Source: Camelus ferus | Lineage: Eukaryota | Assembly (NCBI RefSeq): GCF_009834535.1 | Contig: NC_045707.1 | Location: 61,382,001 to 61,446,000 of the forward strand | Reading direction: 5' to 3' | Length of the DNA: 64,000 nt | The notes under the pieces: model-generated | Database searches by the model: none | What the model saw: only the letters and a program-made list of their open reading frames with translations | Told to the model about the DNA's origin: nothing | Position numbers and translations under genes: made by a program | Shown: positions 1 to 25,330 of the stretch, piece after piece | Numbering within the stretch: position 1 is the stretch's first letter | Layout of the letters: the number at the start of each line of letters is the position of its first letter

Positions 1-1118
1 GTTGTTGCTATCTCTGAATCTGTTTACAAACCCTTACGTTCATGCAAGATGAGGCACGAGAGAATTAGGAACCGTACAGATTTTGAAAGATCAGAATGCT
101 TATTTCAGTAACTCTCGAGAGCAGATAAGCTTCTTTCTAGTGGTTAGAGAAGAAAAGTTTGAATCCTCTTAAAGCCTATAGTTTCTACCACTTAAAGAGA
201 TTATCCTGTAAATCAAATATCATCCTGTTGTTTCCTGTTCAGTTACAGTCTAAAACAAATGGCTCTTAATATTAAGCGATTATCCTAGTCATAGTTTTTT
301 CTCAGTATCATTTGTTTTAAAACATTAGCAAATCTCAGCTATTGTATGTTCTCATCTTGCCAAATAAAACTTATTGTCTAATTACCTTATTTGAATTTTT
401 TCAGATATTGTATCAATAATCCCTTACCCACTTATTCCACAATATGAGATGAACATAAAAAATGAAAAAAAACCCTCTATTTGTGTCATTTTTTTTCTTT
501 CTAGGTAATAGCCTTTCATTGAAAACATATTTTTTTCTGCTTTTTATTCCTTTATTTTCTACACCTTTTCTTCACGTGTTTTCTTTTCTTTTCTATTTTT
601 AAAAGAATAAAGTCTTTTTAAAGATTTTACTCTTTTAGAGCAGTTTCAGGTTCACAAAAGAATTGATCAGAAAACACAGAGAGTTCGCACATAGCCCTCA
701 CCACGCACACATACATGAAGACATATTTTTTCAAAGTATCTACCTGAGGCTTTTTTTCGGCAAGGATGTATCACTTATCCCATTAACATCATGGGACTTT
801 ACAATGAGTTTCCCTTGAACAGACATATTACAATGAGTTCTTCTGGTATTAGACTCTAGTTTGTAAAAGGAGTCAAGTTTGCTGTTTCTTTTCTCTGTCC
901 TTCTGACACCTTTGCCTCAGCAAACTTTGGGCAGTACATCATCAATTTAAAATTTAATATTACCGTTTCCAAAATAGTGACTTGATAAATTATAATGGAT
1001 GCTCAGATATTGCCAATTAATAGTGGCCAAATAAGAAAGTTATCTTAGGTGACGGGAGAGTTTGAAAAGTCACCATTTAAATTTAAAAACATCCAAATTG
1101 AATTCTGGCAATAGTGAT

Positions 1119-1472
1119 TGTTCTAGTTCGTTCAAGCTGCCATAACAATATACCATAGACTGGGTGCCTTATAACAACGGTCATTGGTTCTCACAGTTGT
1201 GGAAGTTGGGGAGTCCAAGATCAAGGCACTTGCAGATTCAGTGTCTGGGGAGAGCCAGCTTTCTGGTTCATAGGCAGCTATCCTATCAATGTGTTCTCAC
1301 ATGATGGAAGGAGTCAAGGGAGCTCTCTGCCTTCTTTTAGAAGGGCACTGATCCCCTCCACCTGGTTACACCTGAGCACCTCCCCAAGGCCTCACCTTCT
1401 AATACCATCAACATGGGGGTTAGGATTAAATATATACATTTGGTGGAGAAAAGAAACATTCAGATCATAGCA
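1119..1472 (-). mobile_element. MaLR solo LTR (MLT1A-like)
   Basis: TG..CA ends, TSD GTGAT/GTGAG, motif TCTCACAGTT..GGA..TGGG.AGTCCAAGATCAAGG. Confidence 0.8.
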
Positions 1473-2879
1473 GTGAGCTTCACTTTTCCCAGATTTCCTC
1501 TAAAGGCAAACAACCTCTTTGTGGGGGAGTGGGGGTGGACCCTACATTTAATTAGCTTCAACACAGACAACTTTTGCATTAATTACATTATATATGTATT
1601 ATATATGTATGTATGTATGTAGGTATGTAGTTAATTTTTATTACAACCAATCATGTAATATATTATTTTTCCTACTTTACAATTGAGAAGATGGAAATGT
1701 AGAAAAATTAAGTAACTAAGAAATATTAAGTAACACGCTGCTAGGAGGTTGCAGAGGTAGAGTTCAAATGAAGACTCTGGTCTCTTTATCCAATATCTGC
1801 ACATTCAACAAACATTGGTTAAGCATGTGCTATGGGAGGGATATTGTGTGAGAGGCTGAAGAGTCAAAAAAAAAAAAAAAAAAGTAAGTCTGAGTCTCTG
1901 CTTTCAAAGAAGTAACTGTTAATTTTAAAAGAACATGGAAGTGCCTGACAGTGGACTCACGGGACAGCACAGAGAACCATGTTATGTATGAAAGGAGTGA
2001 TTTTGGCATTTGAATTCTCTTATGAAAAATACCCTTTCTTCAGGAGAAAATTAGTAAGTTAAGCCTCCCAGAAATTTAGGACTGTAGGATATCTAGTTCC
2101 TGGTTTCTTTGCTAATGCACTTATTTTCTTTGAGCACAGAAGGGGCCATGGCTCAGATACTGCGTTAACAGATGCGCGCGGGGCCAGCACAGCACCTGTT
2201 CCCTCGGTGCTAACACACCCACCTGTACCTCCCCCAAAGCTCATTAGGTAGGAGAAGAAACCTTCCTTATCAGATCTGCTTCAGCGTTAGCGAAGCCACA
2301 GGCACGAAGTCCAAAATGGGAAGGCTCCGAATCGTGAGTGTACGCCCTTACCAGGAAACTGCTAGTTAGGTTGTGGGTAATTAAACTGTATTACAAGCTC
2401 AAGGGGGACATTTTCTTTCTTTTTTCTTTCTTTCTTTTTTGCCTATCAGTTTATTGTGGATACAGGAGGCAGGGACCCTTGGAAAGACTCTGATAATGCT
2501 ATCACATTTGCAATTGCATTATCATTAGCTGAAATAATCTTTTTGTTGTAGTTTGTTTTCTCTAATTAGGATGTAAGCCCTATAGGTGCCTCACTCAGCA
2601 CTGCATGTCCAGAACTGTGCCAGATGTACAACAGATAATACATTTATTCAACAAATATTCACTGAGCACGAATGAGTGAATAAAGGCAGGATAAATGCTC
2701 TATTTGAACAGAACTTTTATGAGGCTAAAAACTGTATCCTCTAAAAAAGAATTAACCACCTCCATTTTACTGAACTGTGAATTTTTTTTTCATTTTATGT
2801 CTCTGAAGGAGTAATCTATTTCACTTAGCAAAGAGAGATTGTCAAGAGAGATATGACCCTATTTAAATTGATGATAGGT

Positions 2880-3080
2880 GTGTCAAATTATCTATCGCTG
2901 TGTAACAAACATTCTGAGGACATAATGGCTTCACAATACCAAGTATTTATTAATTCTCCTGTCTCTGCCATCTGAGATGGAAAGTTCTTTTGCTCCATAT
3001 GGTGTCTACTGGAGCTGAAATGTCTAAGATTGCTTCTTTTCTCCCTCCTGTCTAGAACATCAGCTTTGATGACTAAAACA

Positions 3081-3140
<60 letters not shown>

Positions 3141-3420
3141 CTTGGCTGGCCTGGGCTGCCTCAGAGTGACATGGTCCCTGGGTATTTGGACTCCTTAAAC
3201 AGCAGCTCTCTTCTGGGAGAGGAAGAGAAATGGCCAGTCCTCCTGAGTTGACCTGGAATTAGCAGAGTCATAGCCACAGCAACCTCCTGGTCTAAGTAAG
3301 TCACAGGGCCAGTCCAGATTCAAGGGGAGGAGAAATAAGCTCACTCTCTTGGTGTGAGGAGTGGCACGTCTGTACGAGGAGAGGAGGGAAGGCATCAGTG
3401 GTGGCTATCCTTGGAGAGTA
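2880..3420 (-). mobile_element. Old MaLR LTR (MLT1-type) containing a (CT)n tract
   Basis: TTATCTATCGCTGTGTAACAAAC...AAGTCACAGGGCCAGTCCAGATTCAAGGGGAG. Confidence 0.65.
3081..3138. repeat. (CT)n microsatellite
   Basis: Direct reading. Confidence 0.95.
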
Positions 3421-4726
3421 TAGCAATAAGCTAGAACAGCAATAAGCTGGTTCTCCTAGGGTTGCCTGTCTGCCTTAGAACTGCTGTGACTACGCACCAG
3501 TGTGTGCCGGGCAGGGATGATAATCAAAGCAGTGTGTGAGTTGGGAGGATATTCCACCTGCCTCACTCCTAACTTGATGCTGCTGACACGTTGACATTCA
3601 TTCATGGCTTTGGTGTGGCCACAGCTCCAGCCAAATCACTGCTGCCAGACACCTGCCCATCTGTCCTAAAATATGACTAATTGCCATTAGAATGATTCTT
3701 CAGCTTTATTAAACACCTGTCTTCTGCAAAATCAAATGAGATCCAGAGAGACATCCTCATTAATCATCATAGCGTCCCTGTTGAGAGTCTGAAGGAGGTA
3801 GGTGTATTCTCATTTTGGAAATGAAGGAGGTGCAACAAAATGAAGCTCTAGGAAGGTTAACCAAAGTCACACAGCGGGTCAGCTAGAATGAAGGGAAGAG
3901 GCAAGGAGGAGAGAGAGAACTGAGAATCAGTCTTCTGGGAAAAAGGGAAAGAGAGTCATCAAAATCATTCTTTTCTTTTCTCTTCCAATGCAATATGGCA
4001 ACCACTTAAGTATTTTAACATCCTGGAAGATGTTCAGAAATGACAAATTTCTAGTATAATCAAAGACTGAGCTGTTCCCCCCAAAATTATTGTAATGAGA
4101 TGTAATTGTATCAGATTCAAATTTGGCTTCTTTCTAGCTGTGTGTCCTTGGAATGTATTGATAAGTATAACTTTCAAAGGTTTGTAGTGCAGATTAAATG
4201 ACATGTGGAGTATAATGTACAGGAAGTGGTTCATAATGGACACCCAATCAATGGGAATTGTTGTTGTCATACCTTCTTTGGGCTTAGGGATATTAATAGC
4301 TTAGTTGAAATAGAGAGGATTTTTAAAAGCTTGCTTTCTTTATTCTATACCGAGTGATTAAAAAAAAAAAACAGAATTGATTAAGTTACCTGGTCTGCAT
4401 GTTATATATGCAGCTGAGTTTGTATGTTTAGACCAAAATCTGTGTGACGTCAGACCAGTTAATTAATGTCTCTGGGCGTTAGAATCCTCACCGGTAACTT
4501 GACAGAGCTGGACCAGATGATCTCTAAGGATTTTTGCATCTCTGACATCTGTGGTTCCCTGGAAAGAGAAAAAGCCTTTCAATTCTTTACTTGTCATCAT
4601 TCGTGACCATTTTGCCCTCTAGTGGCAAGAATCAAGGAAAACCGTTCCTCCCGAGAAAAAGTTTCGCGTCCTCACCCCATCAACATGTGATAAATGTTTT
4701 GCTGAATTCTTAGACTTGCTTCAATA

Positions 4727-5030
4727 TTGTTCTAGTTTTGCCTATGCAAAAATCACCCCCAAATTAGCAGCTTGAAATAACAGACACGTCTATAGTTTCC
4801 AAGGGTGGGGAACTCGTGAGCAGCTTAGCCGGGTACCTCGGGGTGCTCCAAGCTCTCTCACAAGGCTGATGGCAGGAGGCTTTAGTTCCTCAGCACGTGG
4901 ACCTCCCCACAGGGCGGCTGAGGACATGGGGCTGGATTCCCCCAGGGTGAGCACCAGGGGGAGGGAGGGAGAGACCAAGCCAGAAGCTGCCATGTCTTTT
5001 ACAAACTAGTTTCACAAGTAATATGCCCTG
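4727..5030 (-). mobile_element. MaLR LTR fragment (MLT1-type)
   Basis: ATCACCCCCAAATTAGCAGCTTGAAATAACA...CACGTGGACCTCCCCACAGGGCGGCTGAG. Confidence 0.6.
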
Positions 5031-5660
5031 AATGAATTTGAATTACATTTCTTCGACATGAGTAAATCTCCAAACTATTCCACTAAAAAAGCAAGTTGTA
5101 CAGGTACATACAGCATTTATTTGTATACAACTTTGCACAGGTATAGTGCATATTTTATGTGCATCTGATGAATATAAAATACTTCTAAAATAATTAATAT
5201 AATTATATACATTTATTAATGTACAAATATGTCATATAAAATATTTAAAGCCTATTTCATTTTGATTAATGATTGTGTGTGTGTGTACATACATTGGACC
5301 ATAGAAACAAAAATACGCACGTTAGTGATAAACACCTATCTCGGCATGGTGGTCACCTCCGGGGGAAAGGGGAGGAAAGAGATTAGGGAGATGTTCACGG
5401 GGGCTTTAGCTGACAATATTTTATGTCTTAAAGTTTAATAATGACTAGAAAGCATTTGTTATATTAGTCTGTCTACTTTTTTCTAGGTCTGAAATAGCTT
5501 CTTAAAAAAAACCAAATCATATACTTATTGCCTCTAGAAAAGAAAAGAGAAATAGGACTGTGGAGAGGGTGAGTTCATTTTGCATCTATGTAAGATTTTA
5601 TTATACAAAGATTTATGTAAATCCAGAGCAAAAATGACAAAATTCTAACATTTATTAGTA

Positions 5661-5815
5661 ATAGCTCAAGTGGCAGAGCGCATGCTTAGCATGCATGAGG
5701 GTCAGGGTTCAATCCCCAGAACCTGCTCTAAAAATAAATAAGTAAATAAACCTAATTATCTCCCCCCACCAAAACACAAACAAACAAACAAAAAGAATAA
5801 AACAAGAAAAAATAT
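5661..5815 (+). mobile_element. tRNA-derived SINE (Vic-1-like)
   Basis: A box TAGCTCAAGTGG, B box GGTTCAATCCC, A-rich tail. Confidence 0.8.
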
Positions 5816-8800
5816 ATTTAAGTGGAAGGCTCTTAGATGACAGTTGCATTTTCCTTTTTTATTCTTTTTTTCCCCCAAAATTAAAAGAAAAGAATACAGC
5901 CATTTCTTGCAGGGAAATATGCTACATGGGAGGATAATCCTCAAAAAAAGACGATTACATCAAATCACCATGAGGACAGCAGATCACCTTTTCAGTATCA
6001 CCACATGTACCTGGAGAAATATAAATCAACTTATTAACCAATCATTGCATTTTAAAAACCTCATAGCAAATATAGAGAATGATTAACCCCCTTCCCTGAT
6101 ACAGTTTTAGTGAATAATCTCTCCATCTATCTTGTGACTGGCCTAAGTCATTCTTTAAGTGTGTGGCTCATCTTAGTGAAATGGTGGCATAGGACTGAGG
6201 GATGAGGATGACAGAGGAACCTGAAATTTTATAAATCCCTTGGTAACTTACTCTGAGAACTGTAGCACACATGATGTGTTTTTGCCCCCCTGGCCAGCAT
6301 CCATTCCCCTCCTTTTGGCAACAGCTCTCCATTTCCCCCATTCCTTCTCGTGCCCAGCCCACAAGGCTTATGACCCACCGCTGACTCCGGCATGTGACCC
6401 AGGCCTGGGCCCGGAGACACTTCCTGGGACTTCTTCTGGAACTCTTAGAAAGAAACTCTTCTTCAGTTGAGGATTTAACCCTGGAGCTGCTGGTAGATTT
6501 TACTGCTTCAGAATAAAGACAACAGAGAAAAAGCAGAGCCAAAAGATAGGGGGCGGGGGCCGGGGGGAGGAGAGACAGGGAGAGAATTTCCAGGTTGTGA
6601 TATGAGAAAGAGCTTGAATGTCCCCATGACACTGTTGAGGTCCTAGGTCCAGTTCTCAGGTATGTAGGACAATAAATCCTCTTTTTCACTTGTTACTTTG
6701 AGTTTGTATGACTTGCAGTCAAAGGAATCTTGAGAAGTCTACCTATCTGCAAGTACTAAAGCATACTAAAATTCTAACTGAACAAGGCACATGCCTATTT
6801 AAGGTAAAGGGGCCCCTCCATCCCCTCTGCCTACCCTGGGGGGCTCTAAGAGCAGGGAACTCAAGTGCTCATAAGATCAGATTCTGAGATATTCTTCTTG
6901 TGTTGCTTTGAGGCAAGTGTCCTTAACCTGATAGCCTCTTCCTCTGGGGGTTCCATGAAGAGTGTGACAGGTGTGTGAACATCCTATCAAATTGTGGGTA
7001 GAATGTCATGTGTACCCAGATATATGTGCTCTTCTGAGGAAAAGGGTCCATAGAGTTCATCATATTAGTAAGGGGACTGGTAGACCAAAAGAGGTTGTAA
7101 TCCCAGTTAGATGGTTAAAGGCAAAGTGTAGTGTTAAAAGTGTTACAGTTTTCATTCACATCTTTTAAGTGTGTCAAGTAGCTAGACTGTTTAATTAGAG
7201 GATTTGAAACAGAGAAGAAGCAAAGTCACCATCTTATTAACACCATGAAATGACTTGTTTAAATATAAATCCATTAAATGTTTAAAATACATCATCTAAA
7301 AAGTTCATTTCACTGTGGGCCATCTGTGGTTACCACTATCAGAAGGCGTATAGATTTAACAAATGACTAGAAATTGCTTCCTGGGAAAGTTCATATATCC
7401 CCCTAGTGATGTGCAAACAAATAAAAAGACTGTGGTTTTCTTGTTCTATCTGCATAAAATAATAATTCTCATCAGTATCAATACATTTCACAGGGTACTG
7501 ATTAGATCTTGAATATTCATGCATGCGTTAAAAAGCCTTCTGTTGCTAAGGTGGAACGTCATATCATGAAATGTGTTCCAGCGTTCCTTTAGGGAGAAGA
7601 ATCTTATAACTGAAAATGAAATCAAAAGTTGCAGCTTATCGACAATAACAATCAGGAAGAGAAAGCGGGAAGATTGCCCTGGAAACTGAAGAGGCTAGAT
7701 TAGATTCCCAGTGAAATATTAATGTCTTGTGGGCCTGGGGCCTGGAAAGACTAATATTCAAGACATTCATTCAATTCAGTGAGTGTCTTTAGATCCCACG
7801 CATCCACCGTATGTACAAGTCTCATTGTTCATTTGGGTAATAAGACAACAAAATTCCAGATGGTCGAGGTAGAGTTAAGGGAAATGGAGCAGGACTTGTC
7901 CACGGAGGATCCTAGCATAATAACGAACAACCATCTGGAAACACTGGCTTTTAATACCGGGCAAGCTCTCCCCTAGGTAGAAAAAAGGGTGGAAAACAAC
8001 TTGGCTTTCACTGCATATCTCATTAGGAGTGTAAAACCCCAGCTGTTCCTTTGAGGGAGAACCCCAGAAATTAGGAAGCTCCTGTAGAGCTGTACATACT
8101 CATGTCTTACCCTTAGCACTACTGACATTTTGAGGGTTGTATAATGCTTTCTTATCAGGGCTGTAAATTCTTGGACCTGCTGAACTTTAAATCTGGAGCA
8201 GGGTCACCCCTCCACGTGATTCTGATGTTGGCTAAAGCTTAAGAAACAGCAGTCTAACTCAACTCCTTCATTTCACAATTGGAGACACAGAGGTTAAGTG
8301 TCTATTGCAGAGCCAACCGCTGGTCAGCAGGAAAGCAGTAAGTTCATCACATCTCCTTCCCCAGAGAGGCTGCTATGCATGGCCTTGCAGGAGAGGTGGA
8401 AATCCTGCAAAGATATTTCCCAGCACCATGACACATGAAACGCCTTGCCGCACAGCAGAAAACATTCCAAGTCTGGCTGAATATGTTTCTCAAATCTAGT
8501 TTCTCTCCTGAATTCCCACATCTCCTAAGCTTTCACGCAGAATACTTCACTTCTATTGACATTATTTTTCTAAAGATAGTTTAATAAAATGATTAGTTTA
8601 CAGCTAGGCTGCTCAATTTTTTTTTAATTGTTATCACTAGATCCCTTTTTAATGACAAAATCACTTGGAGTTAGAAGAGGCCTCAGTTTCACAGCCACAG
8701 TTATTATCACTGTTATTAATGTTGATAGATAATTGTTGGTTTAAGATTTTAAACCTGTCTGTGAGGTTGGCTGGAATAGAAAGCAGCTCAGATGTGTTAG

Positions 8801-10627
8801 AAAATAAAAATGTGTCAGCCTCTTGTATTTGAGAAACTTTTTCTTGATTGCTTATTTTTTTAATTAGAAAAACATATAGAATGCTGTGAAAAAAATTATT
8901 TTTAGCCCTAGTAAATGAGTTTAGAAATGTTACATGGAAAATAAGTCACCCTTATTTGCCCACTTTTTCCACTTTTTAAAGTGAGATAAAGGCACACTTC
9001 CCACCCCAGCATCGTTAAGCCACATCCTGACTTCTCTGCCCTCTATCTTCTGGGTTAATTTTGTGGGAATTAAGGTCTCTAATTACCAAGGAGAGTGGGG
9101 AGGCCAATTTGCTTTCCATGGGAAAAAGAATAAACAGGGTAAGAGCTGGTGGAACGTGTCATCTACAGGAGGGCGGCTGCACATGCGGGTCTAGGTTGCC
9201 TAAGAGGCCAAGGACGCAAGAAATCACAATCAAAATGGGTCTGTCTGCCAGAGAGGGCTTTCGCAGCCTGATCTGTGCCATGTAACTTTAGAAACAGCAG
9301 TTTTTCTTTCCCTGTTTAATGATATTTGTGCAGTTTCTGGAAATAACCTTGCAGATCTGAGTCCACATTTACATTCAGATTTCCAAGAAAGTTAAAATAA
9401 AATGATGCAAATAGCGACTGATTTACAATTGTTTTGCTGTTTCAATTGCCATCCTTTGAAACATCTCTATACAGAGAGGTAACATAGTCAATATTTTGGT
9501 GACCATTTTTTAATAGACTTCCCTATGCACGTGTGCACACACACATAGATAGCATAAATAGATTCATATGTTTGATGTTTTATCATAGTCATCTTTTTCT
9601 TTTAGTTTTGCCTAATTCCTTTTTCTTTTCTAATCATCTTCATCTCTAAGGTAGCCCTCCTTGCAAGCTTACTAGATAGCCTTCCAAGTCTTTGTTCATT
9701 GTACAATCACATACACACACATAATTATTATTATGTCCAGCACATAGAACAGAACCAAGTATTTAAAACAGTGCCGAAAACATTGTAGTTACTCAATAAT
9801 ATTTGCTGAATGAATGAATGGGTTGCTTCATAAAAATGAGACAATTATATCTGTATATATAATTACTATAAAATTATTATTATTTTATATACATATAATG
9901 ATCCCATCTTTCTGTATATGGGTTTTATCACTCAATGCCTCTAGGTAATCGCTCCATATAGATTTAATTAATTCTTACTCATGGTTGCATAATATCTCAC
10001 AGTTATGAAGGCAACACCAATTTAATTTAGCTATATCCCTAATAAATAGTCAAGATGATTTTACTTTCTTGCCACTATAAAGAAATGATAACTAACATTT
10101 ATTGAGTGTGTACCACATGCAAAGCATTTTTTTGGTAAGCACTTTCATATATAAAGTCACTGAATTAAGGTTATTCTCTCCATCGTAGGAAACAAACAGG
10201 GGTAAGAAACTTGCCCAAGGCTACATAGCCAGTAGATGGCAAACTAGTCAGCATGGCTCCAAAGTACCTTTCACTGAACTGATTCTAAACAAGGCAGTAA
10301 TCAACACAATTGTCCGTACATCCTAATGGAATGGTGCTTTATTTCTAGTTGACAGTTTCCCAGGAGTGGAATTACTGTGGAGGAGTATGTTCATATTTTA
10401 TATTAATAGATTGCTTTGCAAAAAGGCAGTAACAGTTTACATTTCCACCACCACTGTATGAGAATGAGCTTTCCTTCAGCAGATTATCATTTAAAAATTT
10501 TTTTTAAAAATGTTTTACCAATGAGGTAGGTGAGAAGTGATTATTTCATATGTCTGTGCTTTTCTGACAGTAGTGAGGTTGAGCACCATGTTTATCAGCC
10601 ATCTGGATTTGCTCTGGTATAAACTGC

Positions 10628-10790
10628 TGTATCAGTCAGGGTTCTCCAGAGACACGGAACATATCATCACTCACGTGGTTATGGAGGTCTAGCAAGTCCA
10701 AAACTCTGCAGGGTGGGCCAGCAGGGGAGACCCAGAGAAGAGCTGACACTGCAGCTCAAGTCCAAAAGCTGCAAGGCTGAAAACCCAGCT
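10628..10790 (-). mobile_element. MLT2-like (ERVL) LTR fragment
   Basis: TGTATCAGTCAGGGTTCTCCAGAGACAC...GCAAGTCCAAAA. Confidence 0.65.
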
Positions 10791-12187
10791 TTCCTGTCAA
10801 CACCTTTAGAACAACTAATCCTTTTGGTATAGTAGCCTTTCTAAAGCTGTTAAAGTTCAGGCTGCCTGGATTTGAAGTCTAGCTCTCCACTTACTAGTGA
10901 CTGAATTCTCTAAAGTAAGGATATTAAAAGCCTGTTTATAGAGTTTCTGGGAACACTGAAGGAGTTGCTTCTCACTTAATAACTTTCACCTGTTGTTGTT
11001 TGTTCTCTTTTAGGGATTTGTCAGTTTCTTTTTCTTTTCTTTTCCCTTTTTCCTTTCCTTTTCTTATTTTCTTTTTTAAAGCAAATTGTTAAGAATATAG
11101 GGATGAAATCACTGTCTGTCATTTAGAAGATACATAGGATAAAAGCAAAAAATTTAACATAATCATGTGTCCTGGGATCTTCTGTCTCTAAGTAACTTTT
11201 ATACAGGTACCTCATAAACGAAAATCTTTTATAGAAGACATACAAAGGAGGATTTCAGATAAACGTTCCCCATTTCACTAATGCAAGGAATCCACCTACT
11301 AAATATTTTCCCTATTTGTGTTGCAAAAAAAATCTTTTAAATGGCAAGAAATAAGGCCAATCATCAAAAGACTTCTTAACTTTGGCGTATATAGGAACGT
11401 TTAGGTTCCTAAGAGTGTAAAAATTTGTAGTAGTGATGAACCTCACATCTTGACGTATGGGTGTCGGGGTAGACAGGATTTAGTTATTCTGAGAACTGTT
11501 TGGCTAGGTGAAATATTTCATAAGTGGCGCTCAGTTACTATCCCTCTTAGAAAGAGAAATACCACGACCCTAGAAAGCTTCCCATCAGAAACAATGACTT
11601 TGAAAAATTAACTTTCCCCAAAATTATCAATCTTAGGGAGTTTGTTTTAACTTTGTTTTTGTTTTAAGGACTAGAAATAATGTAAAGTGCCCACTACAAA
11701 GAAGCCTCACAATAAATGGTAGCTGTTATCATCACTCCTTGCCGTCAAAGACCGTATATTATCATATCCGTACCACCTCCCAACGCCTTGCACGTATTTG
11801 ACGATCATATAAATATTTATCAAATAAGTGAATGAGCGATATCAATGGGAGGTTGCACTCTGGCTAACGCCTGGAGTCCGGCGTTATGGGTTAGACACTG
11901 AGGCCCCGAGAAGACGGGAGATGAATCCGTCTCCAACTTGTCCACTGTCCGCAGTACTACAATCCCCAGCATGCAGTGCATCCCGGAAGAGAAGTTTCCA
12001 GCTCTCCATTGGACACGCAGGAGAAACGTAGTAGTTTATGCAAATACGCGGGCTCTAGCGTACGCACGCACGGAGACTGCGCACATCTCCTCGTCTGAGT
12101 TCTGCGGAACTCATTTTGAGTACGGGGATTTTAGCCGGTAGAATTTAAGGAAGGTTCACTTCCGGGAACACCGGAAGCAGTTTGAAG

Positions 12188-24138
<11,951 letters not shown>

Positions 24139-25126
24139 CATACAAAACCCCAAAACCCCGATCTAGAATTTATTAAGCTATCTCCTTTTGTAAAGGATTT
24201 TGCGATACTAGGGCATTAGTTGCCTTAACTGTGAGAAGTAATACTCTGATCACTTTTTTCTGTTTGTTTTGTTCTTTATAACAATGCTTCTATAAACAGC
24301 TATTCTTTATAAATTATTGTATTCTTCATGTGTTTTTTGAAAAATTTTACACTGGAAAGTGGTATATATGTGTTTGTATGCATTGCACCTAATCTATTCC
24401 AGGCAGGTTTTGCCTAATCATGATTTTAGGATTAATTCTTTAGGTTGTCTATGTGAAGATTTTTGGAATGTGGCTATTATAATTCTCCATCAGATCCAAT
24501 GTCTGATGCCATTGGTTAGTCTTACAAATCATGGCCCAGCATTTGGTTTTGAGGAAAATACATGCAGATTTTTCAGTGCTCTCTCTAATGACAGCAAGGA
24601 AACATTTAGGCTTATTCCTTTTTATAATCGCACTTTATATTTTGTCCCAAGATTAACCCCTAAGCCAAAAAGGCAAGGCCTCGTACAATCAATCCCTTAA
24701 TTGCTACTCCATTCTGTGTCTGAGGAAGCAGTAAGCCAGAACGATATCAGAGTGCAAGAGAGCAGGGAAACGAGATCTTTGGAGTTGAAGCAGCGTGCAA
24801 GAGGTCATGCAGAGATGTTTTTACTAATGAGGGTCAGTGCAGTTAGACTCACGTAAGTCTAGCTCACTCATTTTACATGTTTAGAAGCTGAGGCACGCAG
24901 GGGATAGGTTATTTATGGAAAGTCACAGCTGTGGCAGCCTGAAAACAATGCTTATTCAGAGAAATTGGAAAGTAAAGATGAGTTTCTCCTATAGCATTAG
25001 GAAGTCGAACAGTTTCTTCTTTTGGGTAATAGTTTGCTGCAACTATTTTTTTTTCTGAAATATTTTAAAATTAGAAATACATCCAGTTGTTACTTTTTTT
25101 TAAAAAAAAAAGGCCATACATGAGGG

Positions 25127-25177
25127 GTTTTTTTCCTGTTTTTCTTTTTTCTTTTTTTTTCTTTTTTTTTTTTTTTT
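25127..25177 (-). repeat. A-rich tract directly after the GLIPR1 stop codon
   Basis: Interrupted T-runs on +. Confidence 0.9.
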
Positions 25178-25330
25178 AATGGAAAGGAACTAAATGAGGG
25201 TATTTGTACTTGACCAAAATGATAATTATAACAGTCAGTAAAATGATTGGTGGACTAATAACGAGAAAGAGAGACAGGTGTCTGTTACGTGGATATATCG
25301 GCCAATCTGGAAACACAACAGAATAGTAAC
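25176..25330 (-). CDS. GLIPR1: GLIPR1 exon 6 (coding part)
   Basis: tcacag|RYYSVVFPDWPIYPRNRHLSLFLVISPPIILLTVIIIILVKYKYPHLVPFH*. Confidence 0.93.

Noticed and set aside
5661..5730. tRNA gene
   Set aside because: tRNA-like head belongs to a SINE with an A-rich tail and four sibling copies
6168..6689. Longest ORF in the track (173 aa, -)
   Set aside because: Non-ATG start, no recognisable domain, lies in old LTR-like sequence
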